Part shown: positions 1 through 11,712 of the stretch, one piece after another
Position numbering within the stretch: the stretch's first letter is position 1
How the letters are laid out: each line of letters starts with the position of its first letter
Source: Isurus oxyrinchus
Lineage: Eukaryota
DNA: 64,000 nucleotides
NCBI GenBank assembly: GCA_026770705.1
Contig: JANJGN010000022.1
Span: 5,146,001 to 5,210,000 of the forward strand
Reading direction: 5' to 3'
Position numbers and translations under genes: made by a program
The notes under the pieces: generated by a model
Database searches by the model: none
Seen by the model: only the letters and a program-made list of their open reading frames with translations
Told to the model about the DNA's origin: nothing

Positions 1-171
1 ACTTCCTGTGGTGGTGAATTCCACTATCTAACCACTCCCAGTAAATAAATGTCTCCTTATTTCCCTGTTGGGTTTATTTATTTGTATTTGTGGCCCTTAG
101 CTTTGGATTCTTCCAAAAGTGGAGAAACCCTCCCCAGTCCATTAATAGAGGTTGTCCCTAAGTCTTCACTT

Positions 172-538
172 TTCTTTTGTTGATTTGTGTATGGGATGTG
201 GATGCTGTTGGGTAAGGCCAGTGTTTATGACCCGTCCCTAACTGTCCTTGAGACTTGGGTGGCTTGTGAGGCCATTTGAGTGTCAACCCCATTACTGTGG
301 ACCTGGAGTCACATGTAAGCCTGACAAGGTAAGGATGCCAGATTTCCTCAGTGAGTCAGATTTTTTAAATGATTTTTATGGTTTTTATGACAATTAGGGT
401 CATCATTAATTCCAGATTTTTATTGAATTCAAATTCCACCATCTGCCATGGCGGGTTTCGAACCCAGATCCCCAGAGCCTTACCCTGGGTCTCTGGATTA
501 CTAGTCCAGTGACAATACCACTACGCCATTGCCTCCCC
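172..538 (-). mobile_element. tRNA-derived SINE with a LINE-derived 3' tail
   Basis: On the minus strand the head has A box TGGCGTAGTGG and B box GGTTCGAAACC; the tail resembles the LINE 3' end at 15430-15495. Confidence 0.75.
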
Positions 539-877
539 TGTTTAATCTTTCCTGATTTAACTCCTGAGTTCTGAGTTAAGCTGTTTTATTTTCTCCCTCT
601 CTCCAGTTGCTGGAGGACCTGCTGTGTATTTCCAACCTTCTCTGCTCCTGTTTCAGTATCTGGGAGGGTCTAAGGTTAAGGTGCCTGTCACCTCCCCCTT
701 TGGGAAAGAATGATGGTTCGTGAAAGGAGAGTTGAGAAGGAAGCAAAAGCAGAACACCAGTCTGCTTCTGTCCTCCTGCAGCATAACCACCATCATTGGA
801 CGAACGCTTCCTTCATTCTGATATTGCACTTGTTTTTAAAAAAAAAGCAAGTTATACCGGAGATTTGACTGACCCCT

Positions 878-1316
878 GGTGCAGAATTTTGCCCTTGGCA
901 GGAGGGGGTGGTTGGGAAGCCGACTGCCCTCCGTGTTTGGCACCGGACTGCGATTTCACACTGGCGGGCCAGTAAAGACCCACCTCCCCCAGTGTCATAG
1001 GTGAGCAGCAGCGCTCAGCGCAGTCTGTGTGCGGGAGGTTGGAGGAGGGCGAGTGTAAACCTTGCACCTACCCGCGACTGAGCGTGAGATTGGAACTATT
1101 AGATTGGACGGGCGGTGAAAAATTTAGTTTAATTGATTGTTTAACGGCCTTAACTGGCCTTTTAATTGTTGGCGGGCGCACTGCTGACTCTGGCACACGC
1201 CCGCTGATCGCGTGACTGTGTGTTAATGTCGGCGCCTCGGCCGACATCAGTGTGCGTCATTTCACTCTCGAGCAGGTCAGGCACACGCTCATCCGCTGAG
1301 TGGAAACTTCTCCCCT
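878..1316. mobile_element. GC/CpG-rich non-autonomous TIR element (GGGGCAGAATTTT-type ends)
   Basis: Starts ggtgcagaattttgccc and ends gaaacttctcccc; interior resembles 35205-35886. Confidence 0.55.
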
Positions 1317-1782
1317 GAAGCCTAATTCCTGGTTAGTACAATGGTTGTAAAATCCTGATTTTTGCAGCTGATGCCACTTTGTACAGGACTTTACTGCCAA
1401 CTTGGTCTGGTTTTAAACAACCTGTTATCCCTCTCTCTGCCTGTCTATATGCCTATTTGTTTGGCAGGCAGTTTTTTTACCTTTTCATATTGCACTTTAT
1501 TCACCTCTTAACAATAAAGTTACTCACTGCATAAATCTAGAAATTACTGCTGCAAACGAGTTGGTTATAACGTCCCTGTAGAAAGAGAGAAAATAGGGAT
1601 GGTTTCCTTGTTGCTGATAGCAGATCTGTGAACTGGGATCTGTGCACAGTCAGTATTTGCACTGTCAGCTGGAGGATGGTTTGTTGCTGTGAGAGATGGG
1701 AGGCGAAGGGGGGGAAGAGGTCATTGAAAGTGAAGAAAAGGAATTAACGAATTGTTTCTTGTGTTGAAACTTTGTTGACTAG

Positions 1783-2043
1783 ACACTGACAAAGACTACA
1801 AACACTGAACGGGCCACTGTGGAGAAGGCGAGAAATCGGGTCCAGAAGGAAATGGAAGAGGAAGTGAGCAATCGATTGAACAAAGTTAAGAAAACTGTGC
1901 TGGACCCCGCCAGTGGACCGCACCTCTATTCTGCCAGTGGGTCCCAGATTCTCCGGAAGCAGTATGCCACTATGACTGCAGCAGATGCAGTCTTTCAGGT
2001 GTTCGTCAATGCACGAGGGGTTTTCAGTGAGAAAATGACAAAG
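1783..2043 (+). CDS. NOV-like gene, visible exon 1
   Basis: tag|ACA...AAG|gtaggt, phase 0-0; TLTKTTNTERATVEKARNRVQKEMEEEVSNRL...VFSEKMTK. Confidence 0.8.
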
Positions 2044-3559
2044 GTAGGTAATTGTGTTTTTTAAATCTAGGTCGAAATCGTGACTGTGTAAAGTAATAAC
2101 GTTATAATGGTCGGCCTTCATTGGGTTTTTCAAGAATCTCACTGGAGAGGAAGTGAGAAAAGTGGATTGCATGTGCGTTGGCTGTACGATTGCTAAGAAT
2201 CTTCGGATTGCTTTGCCAGATCTCCCTGGTACCCTGACTTTGTAGCTAGAGCAGAACCAGTAAATAATAGTCACCTTGGGGACTGACATAGCTCTCTTTC
2301 ATGTTTCTTGCCGATGTCCTTATTTTCAGAACAGTCATTGTATGTACTGTTTAGATAAAAACAATTCAGTAAACGGGAGGCTCTTTAACCAGCGCCTGTA
2401 GCTGCAGTGACACCTTTCTGTCCTGTGTTTCCATCCTGGAGAGAGACTGGTTTCTCTGTGGCTGTGCATTAGGGTAAAAAGCTTCCCTCTCACAAAAGCA
2501 TGAGGCCCTGCTTCGCCCGGCGCTGGGCTAGCCAGCAGGGAATTCTGGGACAGTAAGGCAACAAGCTGCAAGGGGAAAGCGCCAGTCACCTGCTGTCCCT
2601 GAAAGATTCCGGCTTCTTCAGCTCCGCAGCCGGCCGGCTGTGTCGATTGTTTTAAGTTGTCAAAGGACTTTTTACACTGAAGGCTGGTTGTAATTTATGA
2701 GCATCCGTACCTTTTACGTGTCACTTTTCTCGGGTGTCAAAAAAGGGTGTTTTCTGGGAGTGCCCGTTTCTGGAGGTTTCACTGTACGTCACCTGCAAAG
2801 TGCGTTTTCTTAGACACCTCAATGCAGTAGAATAAACAGTTTTAAAGTGGGCATCTGGTGCCGTGCAGTTATTTTCTACTGAATGGTAGGCTTTGGGATA
2901 TTATCTGACAGCCGTTTTAAGCAGAATATTTAGAAACAGGGCGGGTTGATGGTAGTGTCTCGGGCATACGTGATCAGGAGGCAGTGAAGAGAGAACTTTC
3001 CCTGGGAGAATTTTCAGACCCGCCACTTCTGTTAATTAATAATTAAAGTTTGAAAAAAAGAAAACGATATGTGTGGTAAACAAATTAATGGGATCAAGTG
3101 GATCTAACTTTTCACTCTTGTTCCTCTCTTTTGGTAACTTAGTACCAATCACTTACTGCAGTTATCTCTTGGTACGCGTTCTGTGCCAAGATGTTTTGTA
3201 CATTGATGCCAAACATAGACACTGCCAGTGCTGGATCAATCTTGATAATCCCAACATAAGCCAGACTGCCTTATCATAAGACAAAATGAATGCAAAAACA
3301 GTTATCCAACTGAAAAACCTCCTTTCTATTTTACTGAGGCAGTTTCCTACAATAATCCATTTTCTATAGTTTGAAATGAGTAGATCTTCTTTCTAACTCT
3401 TTTCGAACAGAAATACAGGAGAGTGATAAAAACGCATTTGGTGCATGAATCTAAACGTGAGTAGAATTCTTCCACCTGTTCCTTGCTGTTGTAAGCGACT
3501 TTGCAATGATGCAATTGCTTTGCTTCCAGCTTTGACTATGGTGTTGTCAAACTGCACTG

Positions 3560-4400
3560 CCAAGTACTACAGCAGCTTGCGCTTGTGTAGTGCCTGTAAT
3601 GTAGAAAACGTCCCTGGCTGCTCCAAGGAGATGTAAAACACGCACACACACTGGCACCGGCCAAAAGAAGGAAATATTTTGTGGGGTGACCAAAGACTTG
3701 GTTAGAGATGAGTTTTTAAAAGATGGGGAGGGCGGAGAAGCAGATCCACTCAGTCAGGAAATTGCAGAGCATGGGGCCTCGCCAGCTACCAATGTTGGCG
3801 GATGGGGAAGGTGTGGTAATTGACAGCACAGGATGATGGAAAGTTTATGTTACAGGGTTGAAAGAGGTTATAGAGATGGGGAGGGATGAGACCCTTAAGG
3901 GATTTAGGCATGAGACTTTTAATTTGGAGGTGTTAAGAAAGTAGAAGCTGCACGTGAGTCAACAAGGACAGGAATGATGGTTGAGCAGACCTTGGTGTGA
4001 AGTAGGATGCAGGTAGAACCTTGGATGGGCTGAATTTTAGAGAACATGGAGGATGGTTAGGACAGTATTGGAATAGTCAACTCTGGAATTGACAAAAGAA
4101 TGAATGAGTGTTTCAGCAGCCAAATGGGTTGAAATAGGGGCAGAATATTATAGACGGTGAAGAAGGCAGTTCTTGTGACAGAGGGGAGATGGAGTTGAAG
4201 CTCACCTCTGCATCGAAAAGGCACCAACAGTCCGCGTCAGCCCGAGACAGAGACCAGGATGGGGGATGTAATTGGTTGCAGAAGTACAGAGTTTGTGCTG
4301 GTGGCTGAAGATGATGGCATTGCCATTCTCAACATCCAACTGGAGAAAAGTACAAAGACTGGTCTGTCAGCCAAGCGTTCTGACAGTGGAGTACAATCGC
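3560..4400 (-). mobile_element. Degenerate L2-like LINE 3' fragment
   Basis: Purine-rich reverse-complement similarity to the L2-like segments at 7200-8130 and 41600-43850. Confidence 0.5.
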
Positions 4401-4978
4401 AGCACGTTGTCAGTACAGAGCAGTTATTAGTTCTGTGGTGGATGCAGTGATGCAGCAGATACCATTTTATGATTCTTTATTCGTACAGTTTTACAACTGG
4501 AGTGTCATATACATTATATGTAAATAAAAACCATGTGCTGAAAATTCATTATAAATAAAAACAAAGTAGTGGAAAATCTCTAGGTCTGGCAGTGTCTGTG
4601 GAGAAAGATTTGAGTTGAATGACTCTTCAAAACTCTGAAGAAGAGTCATATTCAGCTCAAAACATTAAACCTGTTTCTCTTATGTTGAAAATTAATTGAT
4701 TGTTCCTGCATGATCCATCCTGCATTCTTTATGTAGTGTTCCCCACTAATCTCTTAAACTGATTTGCTTGGTTTTGCTTTTATATAAATCTTCCTTCAGT
4801 TTACCTATTTTTTAAAAAATCCTTCTATTGTTTTTGCTGACACATCACCCTCTCGTACTTCTCTCTATGTTTTAACTTCATGGAACATGCCTGTGCCTAC
4901 AGATGAATTTTTTGGAGACTAAGCCAGGGCCCACCTAACTGTACTTTTTCTCTCCCCCCCCTACCCCCGACTGGTCAG

Positions 4979-5153
4979 TTTGTTCAGGACTTCCTGATCA
5001 AGGTGGAAGATGATCGATTGGCCCGGACACTCTTTCAATTAGCCATTTGCTGTGGGTCACTGGAGGCTCCTCAGGACTTGGTGGCTAAAGAAAAACCAAA
5101 TAAGCCAACTGTAAATGGAACTGTGAACAATGAAACTCTGCCTCCTGGTGAAG
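4979..5153 (+). CDS. NOV-like gene, exon 2
   Basis: cag|TTT (alternative in-frame acceptor at 4988)...GAAG|gtgggt, phase 0-1; FVQDFLIKVEDDRLARTLFQLAICCGSLEAP. Confidence 0.8.
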
Positions 5154-5796
5154 GTGGGTTACATTTTGAGATCCTGCTGAATCATGGAGGGTGGCTTTGA
5201 TTTAGTAATCCAAATTTAGTAATTACAATTTAGTCATTGTAAAGTATATCAAGGTAAAGATCAACCAAAATAGGTACCATGTTGCTTCTTTATAATTGGG
5301 AATCAGTTCATTCTTAAAGTAACAGTGCAGTGACTTCCAGTTGGCAAACTGTCTGCCTCTGTTGTCCTGTTGCTGTGAGGTGCTGAGTAGAAGTCGGCTG
5401 ATTCCACACAAACGGAAGGGAAATTCAAGTTAATTGTCAACATCTTGCACTTCTTTATTACCTTTTCGTAATAAAACATCCAAAGTTACATCATGTTTAA
5501 AACTTTTTATCTCTATTTCTTTCCTACTTATATTTCTCATAATGACAAGTACCCTGTATGCCAGTGCTGCTCTCAAGTCACACAGGCCTACACCAAGGGC
5601 TGAAGTTTCCCTCTCCCCAGCTTTTGTGATGTGGTAATGAGGAATATGGTGGATCTCAGGAGTCGAACCACTTGTGGTACTGTGCACCAGTGCTCCCAAG
5701 TTATTGTGCTTCTCCACTGGCCTGATAGCTGTACAGTTATCCTTGATGATGTGATGAATATTGTGTTGCTGAGTTTATTCCTGTCTTCGTCTTTAG

Positions 5797-5963
5797 GATC
5801 TGTAAGAGAATATGTACAGAAGAATCTCTCCAGTGTGACTGAGTACTTGAGTCTTGTCTACTTATCTAAACTGGAGAAAAGGTTGGTTAATCACTTCAAG
5901 CTGAGGGACTTTGTTGGCATGGGGCACGGCACTTTCCTTGAATACCTGGTGAAACACTCTCAG
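5797..5963 (+). CDS. NOV-like gene, exon 3
   Basis: ctttag|GA...CAG|gtgagt, phase 1-0; SVREYVQKNL...HFKLRDFVGMGHGTFLEYLVKHSQ. Confidence 0.88.
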
Positions 5964-6730
5964 GTGAGTGTGTTATGCTTTATTTGAGGTAAATTTTGCA
6001 CTCGTTGTGGTAAAAAGTTAGGAAATTCTTTGTTTAGTTTAGTGCTGAGATATTCATTCTGCCAAGTTTGGGCTGCAAATGACCTTGGTTCAAGAGATGA
6101 GAGAACAGTGTGTTCTCTCACTTCACTACCCAGTCTCATTTCACCCACTGTCTGTTTAGAAAAGCTGAAGCCTAAATAGTAATGGTAAGAAGAATTGTGC
6201 ATGTGTATAAAAAAGAAAATTACCACCTTCTACCTCTCAAAAAAGGATATTCTGTGCTGTAATGGAAGAGTAAATTTAGAGTAGCTTCTCTTGAACCTAG
6301 AAGGATTGATTGTTGGTGCTAATATATTGCCAGTGCCTGTAACTAGGAAGTAGGCTATCCCACTTCTTGAGGTCACTGGGAGTCAATGCTTTCATGATGC
6401 ACAAAGGGACCACATTGACCATTGTTTAATTGCTTCTTTTTCCTTATAACTGTCCTTTGTTCGTTTTGGCCCCAAAACCTTGCTACATGAGTTTTCTAAG
6501 CCAATTAAGTCTATTTTGAATCAATAGTGAGGTGGATGTGTTGATGTACAAGCCTTACAGTATTCGTCTTCACCATCTGTACAAACCGTTGTGCATACCA
6601 CATGAATAGAATCTGCTTCAAAGTGTCAAACTGAATGTAGGTTTGCTTTTGAGTGTAATGACCAAGAATGCTTGTGAAACAACCAAAAAGGAAAGATTCT
6701 TAATCCACGATGGTTTGTTTTATTGCACAG

Positions 6731-6859
6731 CTACTAGAAGAAGCTGCTGGAGGCAGTCTGTTTCTATATCCACAAGCTGCCAGAACCTGTGGATTCCAAA
6801 CTAGTCGCCAAGATGTGTATGAGTTCATCAGGCAATGTGGAACCCTCAAGGAGTCCATG
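6731..6859 (+). CDS. NOV-like gene, exon 4
   Basis: gcacag|CTA...ATG|gtgagt, phase 0-0; LLEEAAGGSL...QDVYEFIRQCGTLKESM. Confidence 0.88.
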
Positions 6860-7199
6860 GTGAGTGAGCTTAGCGAGATGTGCCACTTGGAATGGGAGGG
6901 AGCAGAGGCAAATTGTTACCTTTTACAGGTTACAGATTAATATGCATATGGAAACTCATGCTGAGGAGATGTGAAGGCACAGTGTGATAAGCATGATTTA
7001 TGTTCATGACATTCTCAGTATAATGTGTTTCTCATGTGGCTGGTACGGATATGTTTCCATTCTTAGCTATTTAATTGTAGCCAGAGAATCACCTGCAATG
7101 GTTTTCCTTCCCACTCCCATTGCCCCACCCCCCTCCCAGGGCTTATGCCTTGCCCCCCCCCTCCAATATCTCATTGACACGCTGGCACTTAGCAGCAAA

Positions 7200-8130
7200 A
7201 TCTCAAAACAAAGTCAGTTTCTACCTGTATGCTGATGCCACCCAGCTCTGCCTCACCACCACATCTCCCAACCACCCCACTCTTTCTAAATTGTCAGATT
7301 GCTTGTCCAACATCTTGTACTGGGACAATTAGAAATTTCTTGCAACTAACCATTTGGAAGACTAAAGACATTCTCATCCATCCCCACCATAAACTCTGTT
7401 CCCTGGCCGCACATTCCATCCTCCTCCAAGGCAATCGCGGGAAGCTGAATTGAATTGTTTTCAACCTTGGTGTCATATCTGACCCTGAAACGAGCCTTAG
7501 ACCACATATCTGTGCCTCCCTAAGACTGTCTTTTCCCACCTCCAGCACAGTGCCCAACTCCGCTCCTGCCTCAGTTCCTCACTGAAATCCTCACCAATAC
7601 CTTTATTACCTTTAGACATGACAACTCCAGCGCACTCCCAGCTGACCTCTCACGTGCTACACTCCCCTAAACTTGAGGTCATCAAAGACTCTGCTGTCCA
7701 TGTCCTTACTTGCACCAGCCGCTGTGATTGCTGATCTGCATTGGCTTCCAGTCAGGCCACATCTTGATTTTAAAATTCTCTCCCATGTTTTCAAATCCCT
7801 CCAAGGCCTCACCCCTCCTTGGTCTCTTTAATTCCCTCCAGTCCCACACCCCGTGGATATCTACACTCCTCTATTCTGGTCTCTTTTATGATTTTAATTG
7901 CTCCACCATTGTGGCCATGGCTTCTGGCTACCAAGATCCTAAACACTGGAAGTCCTTCCTGAAAACACTTTACCTCAATTTCCTCCTTTTAAGACGCTCC
8001 TTAAAACCTACCTATTTGAACAAGCTTTTAGTCATCTCTTCACGTGGCTAGGTGTCATGCTTTATAGCGCTCCTGTGAAATGCCTTGGGACATTGTATTA
8101 TGTTAAAGATGCTATATAAGTGCAAGTTGT
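7200..8130 (+). mobile_element. L2-like LINE, reverse transcriptase C-terminus to 3' tail
   Basis: tatgctgatgccacccagctc encodes YADATQL (decayed YADDTQL); tail ...gctatataagtgcaagttgttg. Confidence 0.75.
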
Positions 8131-8554
8131 TGCTCCTGCTGTAATTGGGGAAGCGTAGGACAGAATTCAGAGTTCTCTGACGGATGATCCTTCCTAGCCG
8201 AACACCTCTTGGCTGTTCAGCTATTCTCTGGTATACCACAAGATGATGAATTAGAAATGAAAACACACTTTTTAAAAAGCAGCTCTGTTCTCAGCAGGCA
8301 GGAGCCTTCTGATCCTGATTTCAAAGTCACAAGTTCTGATATGTTTGCAGTCAATAGTTTGCTTCCCACTTTATGTTGTCTTTGGTCTTTATTTTTGCTT
8401 TTAGCTTTTCATTTCCTAGTTTCCACTCTTTACATTTTACGTGGCTCAATTTGTTGAAATTACCCAGAATTTTAAAAGTTTTCTGAATATCTCTGTATCA
8501 TTCTTTGCTATCCTGATATGCAATGTGGTCTGAAGAGGGTATTCCCTCCCACCC

Positions 8555-9291
8555 TGCCATTACCGCATAGGCCAGAGGAGAAACTACAATCCCCGACCAC
8601 ATAGCAACCAGAGAGACTCAGGCTTCCTTTACCAGTTTTATTCAAGCATTTGCAAGGGAGCCGCAATCATTCCTAAGAATGAAGACCCAGCTCCCTGATT
8701 GATTACATTTCATTACTTTTGTACTTTTTCTTATCACAATACACTTGAGTACATTTGAATATGTCCAATCGGTAACCTACACACAGGTACCATGTTAAAA
8801 CTATTCTATTGAGTACATAAACATAAGATTTTGCTAACCAATTATTCTAAAGGGTGTATACATAATTATATTATCCAATCAAAATGAAAACACGTACACA
8901 AAGACCTTGGTTCTCACAACTCAGAACTGTTTGTGTTTCATTAAAGCCCCCTCTCTTGTCTTTGTGTGTCCTCCCATATCTAAGCTAAACCATCTGCCCC
9001 ATCCCTACCTGAGAGAGGAGTACACCTAGTCTAACTTTATGTTATGTTTTATCTCCAGTCCAGCTCTCAAGGCTTCACTGCATCGTTACACCACTTGAAT
9101 GGTTCTGCCTGTGGCTCATCTCTTGAAACTGTGTAAATCTCACAAGCTCAAAGCCCTTTTGTGTACAATGTCCATCTGCTTATCCTCAGCTGTCAATAGG
9201 TTTAGCATCCATGGCTGCTTGGAGATTTGGAAGTGTTCTTCAGTAAATTCTTACAGTCTTCTCTTTTAGCATTTTTAATTTTCCCCTAACG
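8555..9291 (-). mobile_element. Possible solo LTR (ERV-like)
   Basis: About 735 bp distinct block; minus strand begins (c)GTTAGGGGAAAA and has AATAAA near 8640; no TSD found. Confidence 0.35.
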
Positions 9292-9553
9292 TTGTCTATT
9301 TGCTGAGAGTTACATAGTTGGAGACCAATCGCAGGTTAGCTCCTTAGTGCATTGACTGTATTCCGCTCGGACATGTCCAGAGTTAAAAAAATTCTGGTTA
9401 TCTCTCTGGACCAATGTCACCTTATGTGGCTCAGTGTCAAATGTTTCTTTATAACACACTCACGTGAAGCGTCTTGAGGTGTTTTGATACGTTAAAAGTG
9501 CTGTACAAATGCAAACTGGTAGTGTTGTTGGACATAATCATTCTCTGGTTCAG

Positions 9554-9735
9554 TTTCCAGTGATTGAAGCTGCATTGAGAAGCCAGTTTAAGGTGAAAGA
9601 CAGTAAGGAACTTGGACATGGGACACTGTCCAATATGGTCAAGATGATAGAGCACCAAACCAAGTCAGACAGTGGCCATAACAGCCCTCGGAGCTTGGTG
9701 CTGTATGAAGCCACACTATATGTTGAAGAATCCAG
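9554..9735 (+). CDS. NOV-like gene, exon 5
   Basis: ttcag|TTT...AG|gtgagg, phase 0-2; FPVIEAALRSQFKVKDSKELGHGTL. Confidence 0.85.
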
Positions 9736-9874
9736 GTGAGGCTCTGAAAATTAAACCTACTGCACCTCCGGGGGGCTGGGGGGGGGGGATTGATGTGGCA
9801 GATCCTCTCTATTTAAAATATTTCAGGATATTATTTGGCTTTGATTAATAACGGTAATCACTTTGTCTTTAAAG

Positions 9875-10083
9875 TTACAGCAACACTGATTCAAGTGGTT
9901 CTGTCGGGCTCCTTGGGGATTTGAGTAAGGAACAGGCTTTATCGTGTCTGTTGAATGCCCCCTTGCTGGAAGATCTTGCAGAATGGACACAGTGGGAGAT
10001 GGTGTTCGAGCCGCAGCATGGGACGCTCAAGGACTTCATTGAAAGACATTGCAGCAGGAAAGCAGCTCATCTTAGTTTGGAAA
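9875..10083 (+). CDS. NOV-like gene, exon 6
   Basis: aaag|T (or in-frame cag|C at 9881)...GAAA|gtaagc, phase 2-1; VGLLGDLSKEQALSCLLNAPLLEDLAEWTQWEMVFEPQHGTLKDFI. Confidence 0.85.
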
Positions 10084-10384
10084 GTAAGCCCTTCATGTGT
10101 CATATTTATCCATTATACAGCTTCTCTCAATTTATCGTTGTGCTTCAGTTGTAGACATTGAGCTAGATCATCAGTCTACATCACTAAATGTTAACTTTTT
10201 CACTGAGGAATATCATATTGTTAAATGTAGTGGGATGTACCTTACGTTCAAAGAGTACTTGGCCACAACCCAACTCTTTGAGGTGGAAGAAGGGATGAAC
10301 GTAGTGAGATATTGTACTGTCCTACTGCAGTGCTGGAATTGTCTCCATGCACCTCGTTTACTTTATGATACCTGATTAGAAAAA

Positions 10385-10450
10385 TATCTTAAAACGCTGG
10401 AAATGTTCAGCAGGTCATGCAGCATCCGCGGAGAGAGAAAGAGAGGTAAT
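10385..10450. mobile_element. Left arm of a palindromic Penelope-derived-like element, interrupted by insertions
   Basis: aaacgctggaaatgttcagcaggtcatgcagcatccgcggagagagaaagagaggtaat matches the left arms at 48420, 49400, 51760 and 61280. Confidence 0.65.
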
Positions 10451-11712
10451 GGGTTGGATTTTCACCAAGAGGCGGGAAGCTTGAGTCGTGAAATCTCCCG
10501 ACGGCAGACTCATCTCCGTGGAAATGACCCCCGCCTGCACGATTTTGCTCTTTTAGGGGATGGGGGGGGGGAGGGGGGTGGTGGTGGGTGGGGTGCGGGA
10601 GGTGTGGGCAAGATGAAGTCAGGCCTGCTGCCTCTGGGGGAGATTTGGAGACTGGCGAGTGCCAAGGCAAGCTGGTTAGAAGGCCCACCTCGGTTCTGAG
10701 AGACTTTGGCCTCATTTTATAAAAGGTTGTTAGGCCTTCTATCCCTCATCCCTCACATGCCACCTCATACCTGCCCCCCCCCCTCCTACATGGCACCTCC
10801 ATAGCCACTCACCCAATGTCCACAATGGACAGACCTCAGAAGCCAAACGGAGATGAAAAACTTTAAACTTCAAACAATCTAAGAGAGCTCTCGCTCATAC
10901 AAACTTGAAACTGAAAAAGCTCTCATTCATGAAACACATTAATAGATTTTGAATCCCCTCCAGACATCAATCTGTTATAAAAACAAACACATTTCTACTC
11001 ACTACCACATCAAAGACAAATGGGGCAGAATTTTACAGCCACATTGCAGTAGGGTTGCAGCAAGCCATTCAAAAGTCCAGTGACCTTGGCAGGACCTTGA
11101 AATTCCACCCATGATCTGTCAATAGCCTCTTAAAACTGTCAATCAAAATATGTGCGCAGCCTCCTTCCTGAGATAAGTGGTTTTGGAGCTTTTGGAACTC
11201 AGCCAAGTATTCATATTGGGCTAAGCTGTAGTACTAGCCTAGACTAGGGAAATGTCAACAATGAAGTTTATTGAAACTGCAGGAAGATATGACAGTTTTT
11301 TTTCCAAGCTATACCAGATGGTCTATGAATCAATGCACTCCCTCCAACAGTGGTTGTTTTTATTCGAACGGCTGAAGCCTGTTTTTTCATGTTAAAAGGG
11401 CTGAGATTTAAATCATTTCAGTTCATGACACTTAAACACTTACCCGCCCTTCGAGAGTATTCACGTCTCCTCCATGAACTAGTGACTTCCCCATGTGGGT
11501 TAAGGCCCTTAGAACAGCAAAAATGGGGCCCGTTTGAACTCGGTACTAATTTCAAATGGCTCTGCTGAATTCAGGTTTCCCACCTGTGTGACTGACACAC
11601 TGCCCACTTACTCTGCTGGCAAAAATGGGATCTGCTGGAAAATAGGGGCGGGACTTCCACACCCAGCTCTAAAGGCCTCCGGAGTCGACCTGATTCTGCA
11701 AAAGTTCAGCAC
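10451..11712. mobile_element. About 1.26 kb non-autonomous TIR element (possibly PIF/Harbinger-type)
   Basis: Ends gggttggattttc...gcaaaagttcagcac; flanks aat/aac fit a 3-bp TSD; internal blocks are shared with 21530-22328. Confidence 0.55.

Noticed and set aside
440-538. tRNA gene (also at 42140-42210)
   Set aside because: A and B boxes are present but continue into SINE bodies and tails, and no complete cloverleaf is evident.
1744-2289. Antisense ORFs overlapping exons (also at 23593-24060 and 54116-54649)
   Set aside because: These are shadow ORFs opposite real exons with no recognisable motifs.
4635-4665. Functional hammerhead ribozyme
   Set aside because: The GAAAC core reads AAAAC and stem II is mismatched; it is reported only as a decayed motif.
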